Below are positions 8,359-19,181 of a DNA stretch of 55,133 nucleotides, piece after piece; the stretch's first letter is position 1, and every line of letters begins with the position of its first letter. The translations under genes were made by a program, and so were the position numbers. This DNA is from Candidatus Iainarchaeum sp. Its GTDB lineage: Archaea > Iainarchaeota > Iainarchaeia > Iainarchaeales > JAFGBZ01. The stretch spans positions 1 through 55,133 of the forward strand of contig JAFGBZ010000021.1 of assembly GCA_016932875.1 (NCBI GenBank), given 5' to 3'. The notes beneath the pieces were generated by a model. The model made no database searches. It worked only from the letters and a program-made list of their open reading frames with translations, and was not told the DNA's origin.

Positions 8359-8982
8359 ATGAATTTAAAAAAATCAATAATCATTTCATTAATTTTATTA
8401 ATTTTTATGTTTGGCTGCACCCAGTCAACAGGTGAAGCAAAAGGACTGCTTGGAGCAAGTGAAAATCAGGAAAATTTAAACGCACCTACTGGAAACAATA
8501 ATGAATTAAATGAACAAACCCAAACTCAGCAAACTCAAAACCCAGTTCCTGTCTTGGAAGCAGTTACCAACTGTATTGATTCAGATACAGGAAAAAATTA
8601 TTTTGAAAAAGGAACAACATTTCTCAAAAAAGGAACCATAACAAGTGGAGCTCAAACAGATTACTGTAATGGTTCAACCTTGCATGAAAAATACTGTGAA
8701 AATAATACAGTAAAAGATGAAATATACAACTGTGAAAGCGGTTGCTTAGAAGGAGCATGCAAATTAAATTCATCAGAATCAACAATTCCTTTACCCAATC
8801 CAATTGAAGAAGGAGAACTTCCAATAGAAGAACAAAAAGGAAATGAATATTATCAAGAATCAGAAGGAAGCACCCCTGTTGAAGAAATAGAATTGCCAGT
8901 TGAAGAAACTCCAATTCAAAGTCCTGTATCACAATCACAGGATTTCTTTGGATGGATTATGAATTTTTTTGGCTTTAATTAA
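8359..8982 (+). CDS. Secreted or lipoprotein-like protein with a Cys-rich module and an acidic, low-complexity tail
   Basis: Signal peptide with a lipobox-like LIFMFGC. Also CIDSDTGKNYFEKG...DYCNGSTLHEKYCENN...CESGCLEGAC. Confidence 0.55.
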   Translation: MNLKKSIIISLILLIFMFGCTQSTGEAKGLLGASENQENLNAPTGNNNELNEQTQTQQTQNPVPVLEAVTNCIDSDTGKNYFEKGTTFLKKGTITSGAQTDYCNGSTLHEKYCENNTVKDEIYNCESGCLEGACKLNSSESTIPLPNPIEEGELPIEEQKGNEYYQESEGSTPVEEIELPVEETPIQSPVSQSQDFFGWIMNFFGFN

Positions 8983-9166
8983 AAGCCAAATTTTCATTTC
9001 TTCCAGTTAGCTTTTTATTCCTTTCCCTTGTTAAATATCTAATTAATTTTATTATTCTGCGGATTGGGTTAATGTTTAAGGCGCGCTAAGGGTTATAAAG
9101 TGTTTTTTGCATTTTTAGCCAAACCCATGCATTTGCAGAATTAAAAGCTAAGGATGGGGTTGTTTT

Positions 9167-9400
9167 TTGGTTCTGAAAAAAGTTGCTGATCATTATCTTG
9201 TTCCAAAACATGAAATTGTTTCAAAGGAAAGAGTTCCTGAACTTCTTGAAAAATTAGGTAAATCAATTGATGTATTACCTAAAATTTCAGCAGAAGATCC
9301 AGCAGTAATTGAAATAGGCGCTGAATCAGGAGACATATTGAAAATTTCAAGAAAAAGCCCTACAGCAGGCGAAACCTATTATTTTAGGATTGTGTTTTAA
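9167..9400 (+). CDS. rpoH: RNA polymerase subunit H (Rpo5)
   Basis: HYLVPKHEIVSKERVPELLEKLG...LPKISAEDPAV. TTG start. Sits at the head of the rpo cluster. Confidence 0.85.
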   Translation: MVLKKVADHYLVPKHEIVSKERVPELLEKLGKSIDVLPKISAEDPAVIEIGAESGDILKISRKSPTAGETYYFRIVF

Positions 9401-9412
9401 GGACGTGATTTG

Positions 9413-10876
9413 ATGCAGGGCGGATGGGATTTAATTTATTCTTATTTTAAAGGCAAAAATTTTGCTCAAATGGAAATTAATTCATTCAATCAGTTTGTTG
9501 ATGATAAATTAAATGAAATTGTAAAAGAAAACGATGAAATTGTTCCAAAAATAGAGGAAGTAAAAATTGAATTAGAAAACATTGAACTGCATAAACCAAA
9601 ATTAGTTGAAGCAGATGGAAGTCCAAGAAATAATTTTTTTCCAATGGAATCAAGATTAAGAAACAGAACTTATTCTGGTGCATTATATTTAACAATGAAA
9701 TTATTGAGAAGAGATGTTGAACAAGATTTAAAACAAGCATATATTGGAGAATTGCCAATAATGCTGAAATCAAATCGATGCTGGCTTGAAGGAAAAACAG
9801 CAGAAGAATTAATTGAAATGAATGAAGACCCAATGGATTTCGGCGGATACTTTATTGTTAATGGTTCAGAAAAAGCTTTAATGAGTCAAGAAGTTTTAGC
9901 TTCAGACAGAGTAATGGTTTCAGAACAATTAGATAAAATTGTTACTGAAGTAATTTCAACTAAAGGCGCTTTCAAAGGAAGAGTCAGAATTCTTAGAAAT
10001 CCTGATGGAACACTTAATGTTACTTTTCCTGCTTCTCCAAGAAAATTAAAATTATTTGATTTACTTATTGCTTTAGGATTAAAAAACACTAAAGACCAGA
10101 TTGAAGCATTTGATGATACTCAGGAAATTCAGAATGAAGTATTAATTAATATTGAAAATACTGATATTAAAACAGAAAAAGAAGCATTAGATAAATTAGG
10201 AAAATATGTTGCTCCAGGACAAGTAGAAGAATACAGATTAAGAAGAGCACAAGAAGTAATTGATGCATTTTTACTGCCTCATATTGGACAGGAACCAAAA
10301 GACAGATTAGCAAAAGCTTATTACTTAACCATGATGGCTTCAAAAGCAATTGAAAGAGCTTATAATTTAAGAGAAGAAGATGACAAAGACCATTACGCAA
10401 ATAAAAGAATTGAATTAAGCGGAAAATTAATGGAACACTTATTCAGATATTCATTTAAGTATTTTATTAAAGATTTAAAATTCCAGATTGACAGAACAGT
10501 TACAAGAAGAAGAAAATTAAATATTTCAACAATTGTAAGACCAGGAGCAATAACTGAAAGAATTCGTTTTGCAATGAGCACAGGAAACTGGATTGGCAGA
10601 GCTACTGGAGTTTCAAAATTTATGGACAGAATTAATTATTTAAGTCCTTTAACTGATTTAAGAAAAATTAAATCTCCTTTGGATAAAAACAGAGAATTAT
10701 ATGAAGCAAGAAGTGTTCACGGAACTCACTGGGGAAGATTATGTCCAGTTGAAACTCCTGACGGCCCTCAATGTGGTTTGGTTAAAAATCTTGCATTGTT
10801 AAGCGAAGTAACAGTTGACACAGATGAAAAACCAGTTGAAAAGGCATTGGAAGAAATGGGAGTAAAATTAAAGTGA
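9413..10876 (+). CDS. rpoB2: RNA polymerase subunit B'' (N-terminal part of the split B subunit)
   Basis: FNQFVDDKLNEIV, GYFIVNGSEKAL and HGTHWGRLCPVETPDGPQCGLVKNLA. ATG 9413 lies 4 nt behind CGTGA. Confidence 0.9.
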   Translation: MQGGWDLIYSYFKGKNFAQMEINSFNQFVDDKLNEIVKENDEIVPKIEEVKIELENIELHKPKLVEADGSPRNNFFPMESRLRNRTYSGALYLTMKLLRRDVEQDLKQAYIGELPIMLKSNRCWLEGKTAEELIEMNEDPMDFGGYFIVNGSEKALMSQEVLASDRVMVSEQLDKIVTEVISTKGAFKGRVRILRNPDGTLNVTFPASPRKLKLFDLLIALGLKNTKDQIEAFDDTQEIQNEVLINIENTDIKTEKEALDKLGKYVAPGQVEEYRLRRAQEVIDAFLLPHIGQEPKDRLAKAYYLTMMASKAIERAYNLREEDDKDHYANKRIELSGKLMEHLFRYSFKYFIKDLKFQIDRTVTRRRKLNISTIVRPGAITERIRFAMSTGNWIGRATGVSKFMDRINYLSPLTDLRKIKSPLDKNRELYEARSVHGTHWGRLCPVETPDGPQCGLVKNLALLSEVTVDTDEKPVEKALEEMGVKLK

Positions 10877-10882
10877 TTTTTT

Positions 10883-12700
10883 ATGGCAACTAAATCAAAG
10901 GTTTACATTAACGGAAGATTAATTGGATTTCATCCTAATCCAGCGAAACTGAAAACTGAATTAATTGAAAAAAGAAGAAAAAATGAATTAAGTTCTCATA
11001 TAAATATTTCTTTTGATGAAAAAACAAATGAAGTTTACATTAATACTGATGCAGGAAGAATTCAAAGACCAGTAATTGTTGTGAAAAACGGAAAACCAAT
11101 GTTTACTGCAGAACATTTACAGAAAATAAAAAACAAGGAAATCACTTGGGATAAATTACTTGAAGAAGGAGTAATTGAATACATTGATGCAGAAGAAGAA
11201 GAAAATACTTTAATTGCAGTTGATGAAGAAAGCTTAACAAAAGAACATACTCACATTGAAATTGACGGAGTAGGAACTCTTTCAGTAATCACTTCATTAA
11301 TTCCTTATCTTGAACATGACATGGGCGGAAAAGTACTTCATGGTGCAAAAATGTTCAAACAAGCTCAAGGAATTAATGGAATAAATTATAATTTAAGAAC
11401 TGATACAGAAGGATATCTTTTATATTATCCTCAGATTCCTTTGGTTAAAAGCAAATCATATGATTTACTTAATTTAACTAAACGTCCTTCAAATCAGAAT
11501 TTTGTTGTAGCAATAATGTCTTACAAAGGATTCAATTTATTGGATGCAATTGTATTAAATAAAGGCGCAGTTGAACGCGGATTAGGAAGAAGCTCTTATT
11601 TACGCACTTATGAAGCAATGGAAACCAGATATCCAGGTGGACAAATTGATAGATTTGAAATACCTAAAGAAGATGCAGTAGGATATATGGGTGAAGAAGC
11701 ATACAAAAGTTTAGGCGCTGATGGATTAGCAAATTTAGAATCTTATGCTGATTCAAAAACAGTTATTGCAGGAAGAACTTCTCCTCCAAGATTTATTGAA
11801 GAAGTAAATGAATTTGAATTAGGAGAAGAAAAAAGACGCGAATCAAGTGTTACAGTGCGTTCAGGAAAACCAGGAAATGTTGATAAAATATTTATTACTG
11901 AAGCTGAAAGTGGAAACAAATTAGTTAAAATAAAACTTAGAAGCAATATGGTTCCTGCAACAGGAGATAAATTTTCTTCAAAGCACGGACAAAAAGGAGT
12001 TGTAGGAGCAATTATTCCTGAAGAAGATATGCCTTTTACAGCAGAAGGAATACGCCCTGATTTAATTTTAAATCCTCACTCAATTCCTTCAAGAATGACT
12101 ATTGGACACTTAATTGAAATGCTTGGAGGAAAAGCATCAGCATTAGACGGAAGATTAATTGATGGAACTCCTTTCAGCAGTGAAAGCAGAGAATCATTAG
12201 GAAAAATACTGCATTCATATGGATTAAGAAATGACGGAAAAGAAGCATTCTATGATGGAGTTACAGGAGAAAAAATTTACGGTGAAATATTTACTGGAAT
12301 TGTTGCTTATAGAAGATTATTCCATATGAGTTCACATAAAATACAGGCTCGTGCAAGAGGCCCAGTACAAATTTTAACACGCCAGCCAACTGAAGGAAAA
12401 GAAAAAGAAGGTGGATTAAGATTTGGTGAAATGGAAGGCGAAACACTTATTGGACACGGAGCAGCAATGCTTTTACATGAAAAATTAATTGAAGATTCAG
12501 ATAAAACAGTTAAATTAGTCTGCGAAAAATGCGGAGTAATAGGCGTGCATGATATGATTAGAAACAAAAAACAATGCCCTTTATGCAATTCAACAAAAGT
12601 TTATCCAGTTGAAATGAGTTACGGCTTCAAATTATTATTGGATGAATTAAAAGCATTAGGCGTGCTGCCAAAATTAAAAATAGCGGATAAGGTGGAATAA
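10883..12700 (+). CDS. rpoB1: RNA polymerase subunit B' (C-terminal part of the split B subunit)
   Basis: GDKFSSKHGQKGVVG, RMTIGHLIEMLGGK and GLRFGEMEGE, plus a C-terminal zinc ribbon CEKCG...CPLC. Confidence 0.92.
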   Translation: MATKSKVYINGRLIGFHPNPAKLKTELIEKRRKNELSSHINISFDEKTNEVYINTDAGRIQRPVIVVKNGKPMFTAEHLQKIKNKEITWDKLLEEGVIEYIDAEEEENTLIAVDEESLTKEHTHIEIDGVGTLSVITSLIPYLEHDMGGKVLHGAKMFKQAQGINGINYNLRTDTEGYLLYYPQIPLVKSKSYDLLNLTKRPSNQNFVVAIMSYKGFNLLDAIVLNKGAVERGLGRSSYLRTYEAMETRYPGGQIDRFEIPKEDAVGYMGEEAYKSLGADGLANLESYADSKTVIAGRTSPPRFIEEVNEFELGEEKRRESSVTVRSGKPGNVDKIFITEAESGNKLVKIKLRSNMVPATGDKFSSKHGQKGVVGAIIPEEDMPFTAEGIRPDLILNPHSIPSRMTIGHLIEMLGGKASALDGRLIDGTPFSSESRESLGKILHSYGLRNDGKEAFYDGVTGEKIYGEIFTGIVAYRRLFHMSSHKIQARARGPVQILTRQPTEGKEKEGGLRFGEMEGETLIGHGAAMLLHEKLIEDSDKTVKLVCEKCGVIGVHDMIRNKKQCPLCNSTKVYPVEMSYGFKLLLDELKALGVLPKLKIADKVE

Positions 12701-15307
12701 ATGCTTACCAAAAAAATTTCAGGAATTGAATTCAGTATTTTAGGACCAATACACATAAGAAAAATGAGTGTAATTGAAATCAAATCACCTGAAACATATG
12801 ATAAAGACGGCTATCCAATGGAAGACGGATTAATGGACCACCATTTAGGAGTAATCACTCCTGGATTAAGATGTAAAACCTGCGGACAAAAAATGAAGGA
12901 ATGCCCTGGACACTTTGGACACATTGAATTATTCAGACCAGTAGTGCATTCAGAATTCGGTAAAAGACTTGAAACATTAATGCATGCAACATGCGAAAAA
13001 TGCGGACGCATTTTAATTGAAGATGAAAAACTAGAAGAATTAAGACCATTAATTTTTAATCCAAATATTGATGTTGAAAAAAAAATACTTGCAAAAACAA
13101 AAAAATTAAAAAAATGTCCAAGATGCGGAGAAGCACATGACACAGTATTATTAGATAAACCAACAAATTTCTTCAGAGGAAATGAAAGAATTTATCCAAC
13201 TGAAATAAGAGCATGGGCTGAAAAAATTCCTGACTCAGATTTAGAATTCTTTGGATATAACTCAAAAAGAGTCCGCCCTGAATGGTTTGTATTAACAGTA
13301 TTACAAGTTCCACCAATAAACATTCGTCCTTCAATTACATTAGATTCAGGAATTAAATCAGAAGATGATTTAACACATAAATTAGTTGACATTATAAGAA
13401 TTAATTTAAGATTAAAAGACAACATTGAAGCAGGCGCTCCTCAATTAATTATTGAAGATTTATGGGATTTACTGCAATATCATGTAACAACTTATTTTGA
13501 TAATAATACTGCAGGAGTTCCTCCGGCAAAACACAGAAGCGGAAGAGCATTAAGAACAATAGTTCAAAGACTGCAAGGAAAAAAAGGAAGATTCAGATAT
13601 AATTTAACAGGAAAAAGAGTTAACTTCGGAGCACGTTCAATTATTACTCCTGATTTAAATATTTCAATAAATGAATTAGGAGTTCCAGAAAAAGTAGCAG
13701 ACACATTAACTGTTCCACAGTATTTAACAGACGAAAACATGAAAGACATAAAACAATTTATAAAAGACGGAAAAGTGGAATATGTAATTCGTCCAAATGG
13801 ATTAAGAAAAAGAATAACTGAAACAAACAAAGAAGAAGTTTTAGAAGAACTTGAAGCAGGATTTAAAATTGAAAGAAAACTAAAAAACGGAGACATAGTT
13901 TTATTCAACAGACAGCCTTCACTGCACAGATTATCAATGCTTGCACACCGTGCAAGAGTAATGCCAGGAAATACTTTCAGAATTAATCCAATTGTCTGCA
14001 AACCATACAATGCAGATTTTGATGGAGATGAAATGAACATGCATGTGCCTCAAACAGAGGAAGGCATTGCAGAAGCAAAAGAATTAATGATGGTTGAAAA
14101 AAATATTTTAAGCCCGCGTTATGGTGCACCAGTAGTAATACTTGATGAAGACGGAGTAACAGGTTCATTTATTTTAACCCTTGAATCAACAGTATTTGAA
14201 AAAGAAAAAGCAATGGAATATCTTCATTCAATTGGAATAACTGAACTTCCAAAACCAGACAGAGGAAAAAATTATTCAGGAAAACTTATTTTCTCACAAT
14301 TACTTCCAAAAGACTTAAATTTAGCATATAAATCAAAATTAGGAAAAACACTTGAAAAAATACTTTCAGGATATGTCTGCGAACCAGGAGACAAATACAA
14401 CACTTATGTGCAGATAAAAAACGGTGAATTAATTACAGGAGTAATAGATGAATCAAGTTTAGGTGAAGGAAGAGGAAAACTTGTAAGCGAATTAGCAAAA
14501 AATTATCCTCCTGAAGTAATTGCAAATTTTTATGATAAAATAGGAAAAATAGTGCAAGACATAGTTTACAAAAAAGGCGTAACAGTTGGATTAGATGAAT
14601 TTGAAATGAGCAAAGAAGCAAAATCCATAAGAACACGCGCAATAAAAGAAGAAGAACAAATAGCAGAAAAACTGCTTAAAGAATTTGAGAAAAAAACACT
14701 TGAAATAATTCCAGGAAGAACTTTAGAAGAATCATTTGAAGTAAAAATGATGCAGTTAGGTGCAAGAATTAAATCAAAAGTTGAAACACAATTAATGAAA
14801 GAAAAAATTGATGCATTAATAGGCGAAAACCCAGTGTTTGATTCAAAAATTATGATTGTAAGTGGTTCAAGAGGAAGCGCAACAAATTTAACAAATATTT
14901 CCGGATTATGGGGACAGGCAGCAGTAAGAGAAGGACGCCCTAAAAAAGGATTTTATAAAAGATTAATTTCAGCAAATAAACCAAAAGACATTGGAGTAAA
15001 AGCAGGAGGCTTTATTGAAAGCAATTTCATGGATGGATTAAATCCATTTGAATACTTTTACCATGCAATGGGTGGACGTCAAGGAGAAGTTGACACAGGT
15101 GTTTCAACAAAAGTTTCAGGTTACTTATACAGAAGACTTGCAAACTCATTGAAAGACTTGGTTGTAAACAGTGATTACACAGTAAGAACTCCAGATAAAA
15201 GAGTAATTCAATTCATAAGCGGAGAAGACAAAGTATTTTCCGGAAATTCCTCAAAAGGAAAAACAATGAATCTGAAAAGGGAATTAAAAAAATTCAAGGG
15301 GAAGTGA
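12701..15307 (+). CDS. rpoA1: RNA polymerase subunit A'
   Basis: Zn motifs CKTCG...CPGHFGHIEL, the active site NADFDGDEMNMHVPQ, and NRQPSLHRLSM. Confidence 0.95.
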   Translation: MLTKKISGIEFSILGPIHIRKMSVIEIKSPETYDKDGYPMEDGLMDHHLGVITPGLRCKTCGQKMKECPGHFGHIELFRPVVHSEFGKRLETLMHATCEKCGRILIEDEKLEELRPLIFNPNIDVEKKILAKTKKLKKCPRCGEAHDTVLLDKPTNFFRGNERIYPTEIRAWAEKIPDSDLEFFGYNSKRVRPEWFVLTVLQVPPINIRPSITLDSGIKSEDDLTHKLVDIIRINLRLKDNIEAGAPQLIIEDLWDLLQYHVTTYFDNNTAGVPPAKHRSGRALRTIVQRLQGKKGRFRYNLTGKRVNFGARSIITPDLNISINELGVPEKVADTLTVPQYLTDENMKDIKQFIKDGKVEYVIRPNGLRKRITETNKEEVLEELEAGFKIERKLKNGDIVLFNRQPSLHRLSMLAHRARVMPGNTFRINPIVCKPYNADFDGDEMNMHVPQTEEGIAEAKELMMVEKNILSPRYGAPVVILDEDGVTGSFILTLESTVFEKEKAMEYLHSIGITELPKPDRGKNYSGKLIFSQLLPKDLNLAYKSKLGKTLEKILSGYVCEPGDKYNTYVQIKNGELITGVIDESSLGEGRGKLVSELAKNYPPEVIANFYDKIGKIVQDIVYKKGVTVGLDEFEMSKEAKSIRTRAIKEEEQIAEKLLKEFEKKTLEIIPGRTLEESFEVKMMQLGARIKSKVETQLMKEKIDALIGENPVFDSKIMIVSGSRGSATNLTNISGLWGQAAVREGRPKKGFYKRLISANKPKDIGVKAGGFIESNFMDGLNPFEYFYHAMGGRQGEVDTGVSTKVSGYLYRRLANSLKDLVVNSDYTVRTPDKRVIQFISGEDKVFSGNSSKGKTMNLKRELKKFKGK

Positions 15308-15312
15308 AATAA

Positions 15313-16572
<1,260 letters not shown>

Positions 16573-16578
16573 TAAAAT

Positions 16579-16878
16579 TTGGATGCAAACAAAGAAATCA
16601 GACGTGCTGTTGACACAGGAAAAATAGTTTTTGGATTCAAAGAAACAGAAAAAGAATCCATGATTGGAAAAGCCAAAATGATTATTCTGGCAAAAAACAT
16701 TGAACAAGATAAAAAAGAAAAAATGGAAAATTATTCTAAAATAGGAAAAATTCCAATTTACTCTTTTGAAGGAACAGCAAAAGAATTAGGTGCAATCTGC
16801 GGTAAACCATTCCACATAAACACACTTGCAGTGCTTGACAAAGGAAAAAGCGATGTACTAAAATTAACAGCTAAATAA
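16579..16878 (+). CDS. rpl30e: Ribosomal protein eL30 (L30e)
   Basis: AVDTGKIVFGFKETEKE...AKMIILAKN. TTG start 6 nt after GGTGA. Canonical position after rpoA''. Confidence 0.85.
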   Translation: MDANKEIRRAVDTGKIVFGFKETEKESMIGKAKMIILAKNIEQDKKEKMENYSKIGKIPIYSFEGTAKELGAICGKPFHINTLAVLDKGKSDVLKLTAK

Positions 16879-16891
16879 ACAAGGGCTTTCA

Positions 16892-17293
16892 ATGAAATTA
16901 AACCGCGAAGAAATAGAATACCTTAACCTGCTTGAAAAAGAATGCAATCAAAACGCAACAGCATGCGTTATAACAGAAAATGCAGTTGTTTTCTTTGCAG
17001 AAAAAGGAAAAGTCGGAGCAGTGGTAGGAAAAAACGGAGAAAATGCAAAAAAAATGAGTTCATTAATAGGAAAACAAGTAGAAGTATTTGAATACAGCGG
17101 AAACCCAGAAGAATTTGCAAAAAAAGCATTCAATAAAACAGAAGTCGAAGCAAAAGCTTTAAAAAACGCTTTAAGCATTAAATTCGTTTCCGCAGAAGAC
17201 AAAAAAAAAGCATTAATGAATAAAAGAAGAATTTCATTGATTAAAGAGATATTAAATAAATGTTTCGGAATAAAAAAAGTTATGATTAACTAG
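16892..17293 (+). CDS. nusA: Archaeal NusA-like KH-domain protein
   Basis: Two KH-like GxxG segments (VVGKNGENAKKM). About 133 aa, in the canonical position between L30e and S12. Confidence 0.75.
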   Translation: MKLNREEIEYLNLLEKECNQNATACVITENAVVFFAEKGKVGAVVGKNGENAKKMSSLIGKQVEVFEYSGNPEEFAKKAFNKTEVEAKALKNALSIKFVSAEDKKKALMNKRRISLIKEILNKCFGIKKVMIN

Positions 17294-17358
17294 CTTTTCT
17301 TTTAAAAAAAGAAAAGCTAAGTTCGCAAAAGAAAAAGTTTTTTTGCTTCGCAAAAAAG
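17292..17358 (+). repeat. Copy A of a bipartite palindromic element (12-bp perfect hairpin plus tandem GTTCGCAAAAG-type boxes)
   Basis: AGCTTTTCTTTT-AAA-AAAAGAAAAGCT (17292-17318), followed by AAGTTCGCAAAAGAAAAAGTTTTTTTGCTTCGCAAAAAAG. 44 of 46 nt match copy C, and the full length is collinear with copy D. Confidence 0.8.
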
Positions 17359-17400
17359 AAAAAAACTTATAATTAAAATCAGAAAAAAAGGATTGATAAA

Positions 17401-17826
17401 ATGGCTAGTGGAGAATTTGCAGCAGGCTCTTTGGAAAAAAAGAGAAAAAAATGGAATAAAAAAGATCCAAGACAGAAAAAAAAGAAAAAACAAGCAAAGA
17501 AAAAAGACTTGCTTAAAGGAAGCCCTCAAGGAAGAGGAATTGTATTAGAAAAAAGAGGAGTAACTGCAAGACAGCCAAATTCAGGAATAAGAAAATGTGT
17601 TAGAGTTCAATTAATTAAAAACGGAAAGCAGTTAACTGCTTTAGCCCCAAAAGACGGCGCAATAAAATTCATTGAAGAACATGATGAAGTAATGGTTGAA
17701 GGATTAGGCGGAAGAAAACACGGAGCAAAAGGAGATCTTTGGGGAGTAAAATATAAAGTAATTAAAGTGAACAATCAATCACTTGAAATGCTTAGAACAG
17801 GAAGAAAAGAGAAAAGCAAGAGGTAA
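17401..17826 (+). CDS. rps12: Ribosomal protein uS12
   Basis: [35 protein letters not shown]...DEHDEV. Confidence 0.95.
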   Translation: MASGEFAAGSLEKKRKKWNKKDPRQKKKKKQAKKKDLLKGSPQGRGIVLEKRGVTARQPNSGIRKCVRVQLIKNGKQLTALAPKDGAIKFIEEHDEVMVEGLGGRKHGAKGDLWGVKYKVIKVNNQSLEMLRTGRKEKSKR

Positions 17827-17830
17827 TTCG

Positions 17831-17871
17831 GCTTTCTTTTAAAAAAAGAAAGCACGGTTGCAAAGAAAAAG
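17831..17871 (+). repeat. Copy B (diverged) of the palindromic element
   Basis: GCTTTCTTTT-AAA-AAAAGAAAGC (17831-17853), then GTTGCAAAGAAAAAG (17857-17871). Confidence 0.65.
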
Positions 17872-17931
17872 CAATCCTGCTACGCAGAATTGGAAAGAAA
17901 AAATTGAAATTAAAAGTAAGAGGTAATTAAC

Positions 17932-18531
17932 TTGAAAGTATTTGACAAATGGGAAACAAAAGACGTTAAAATAAATGATATTTCTTTATCAAAATACATT
18001 TCACTGGACACAACAGCAGTGCCTCATTCATTTGGAATCAAAACAAGAAAAAGATTCAAAAAATCAGAAGTAAGCATTGTTGAAAGATTAGTAAACAAAT
18101 TAATGCGTTCAGGACAAGGAAAAAGAAAACTTTCAGGAAAATACATGCGTCATAGATTAGGATGCGGAAAAAAATTCCAGTCAATGGAAATAGTTGAAGA
18201 AGCATTTGATAAAATAGAAAAACAAACAAAACAAAACCCAATTCAAATATTAGTGCAGGCAATAGAAAAATCAGGTCCAAGAGAAGATGTAACAAGAATA
18301 AAAAAAGGCGGAATAAGTTACACTCAATCAGTTGATGTTGCACCAATCAAAAGAATTGATGAATCACTTAAAAATATTGCTTTAGCAACTTTTGCTTCAA
18401 GTTATAAAACAAAAAAAACTGCTTCAATTGCTTTAGCAGAAGAATTAATCAAAGCAGCAAAATCAGATCCAAGCTCAACAGCAATAAAAAGAAGAGACGA
18501 AGTAGAAAGAATTGCAAAAAGCAGCAGATAA
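17932..18531 (+). CDS. rps7: Ribosomal protein uS7
   Basis: VERLVNKLMRSG...GKK and ALAEELIKAA. TTG start 7 nt after GAGGT. Confidence 0.9.
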   Translation: MKVFDKWETKDVKINDISLSKYISLDTTAVPHSFGIKTRKRFKKSEVSIVERLVNKLMRSGQGKRKLSGKYMRHRLGCGKKFQSMEIVEEAFDKIEKQTKQNPIQILVQAIEKSGPREDVTRIKKGGISYTQSVDVAPIKRIDESLKNIALATFASSYKTKKTASIALAEELIKAAKSDPSSTAIKRRDEVERIAKSSR

Positions 18532-18535
18532 ATAA

Positions 18536-18570
18536 AGTTCAAGATTAATTCTTGAACTAACACTTTTTTT
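18536..18570. terminator. Hairpin plus T7 tract between the convergent rps7 and the minus-strand ORF (bidirectional terminator-like)
   Basis: AGTTCAAGA-TTAAT-TCTTGAACT (9-bp stem), then T7 at 18564-18570. The minus-strand view is also followed by a T-rich run. Confidence 0.5.
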
Positions 18571-19105
18571 ATTTCTTAAAAAAATGATCTAACAGTGCTT
18601 TGTTTTCTTCAAGAAAGTTCTGCGGATTATTTGAAGCAATCAAGCCATCTCTAAAAGAAATTAATTGAATAAAAGTTTTTGTTAAACTTGCTAAATTTTC
18701 TTCAATTAATTTCTTATCTTTTTCAAAAAAAGAAGCATCCACTGCTTTTTTTTTAGCTATTTCAATAGATTTATTTAATGACTGAATATTGGCTCTTAAT
18801 TTAATTACTTGTTCATTAACTGAATTAAATTTTCTTAAAAATTTTGAAAGCGGAAAAAAATAATCTGTTCCCGTTAAATTATCTAAAATTAATCTAAATT
18901 TAAGTGATTTTTTTGCTTCAATTACTTCTTCATTAAAAGAAGGAGAATGCAAACTAATTTCTTTCATTTTATTTCGAATCATTATTCTTTGTTCAGGAGT
19001 TAAATCTGTTCGTCCAACAAATCCTTCTGCTACAGAATTAGCAATTTTAGTTAAATCTCTTTCTCTTTTTTTAGGATTTGAACCAGGTTTTCTTATTTGA
19101 GGCAT
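18569..19105 (-). CDS. Hypothetical protein (basic N-terminus, helical)
   Basis: 178-aa ORF with no recognisable family. It interrupts the usually contiguous S7-fusA junction on the opposite strand. Confidence 0.5.
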   Translation of the reverse strand: MPQIRKPGSNPKKRERDLTKIANSVAEGFVGRTDLTPEQRIMIRNKMKEISLHSPSFNEEVIEAKKSLKFRLILDNLTGTDYFFPLSKFLRKFNSVNEQVIKLRANIQSLNKSIEIAKKKAVDASFFEKDKKLIEENLASLTKTFIQLISFRDGLIASNNPQNFLEENKALLDHFFKK

Positions 19106-19124
19106 TAAATCACACCATTTCTTA

Positions 19125-19132
19125 TTTAAATA
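19125..19132 (+). promoter_or_regulatory. TATA-box-like element upstream of the aEF-2 gene
   Basis: TTTAAATA lies about 50 nt upstream of TTG 19182. The leader contains a GAGGGG SD. Confidence 0.35.
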
Positions 19133-19181
19133 TTGTGTAATGGATTATATAAATTACACTTAATATTATGAGGGGATTTTT

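Noticed and set aside
8983-9166. The 184-nt spacer upstream of rpoH, with locally GC-rich strings (TAAGGCGCGCTAAGG, repeated TGCATTT), considered as a tRNA or ncRNA.
   Set aside because: No cloverleaf, T-loop (GTTCRAAT) or convincing extended stem could be drawn on either strand. It is more likely the promoter and leader of the rpo operon.
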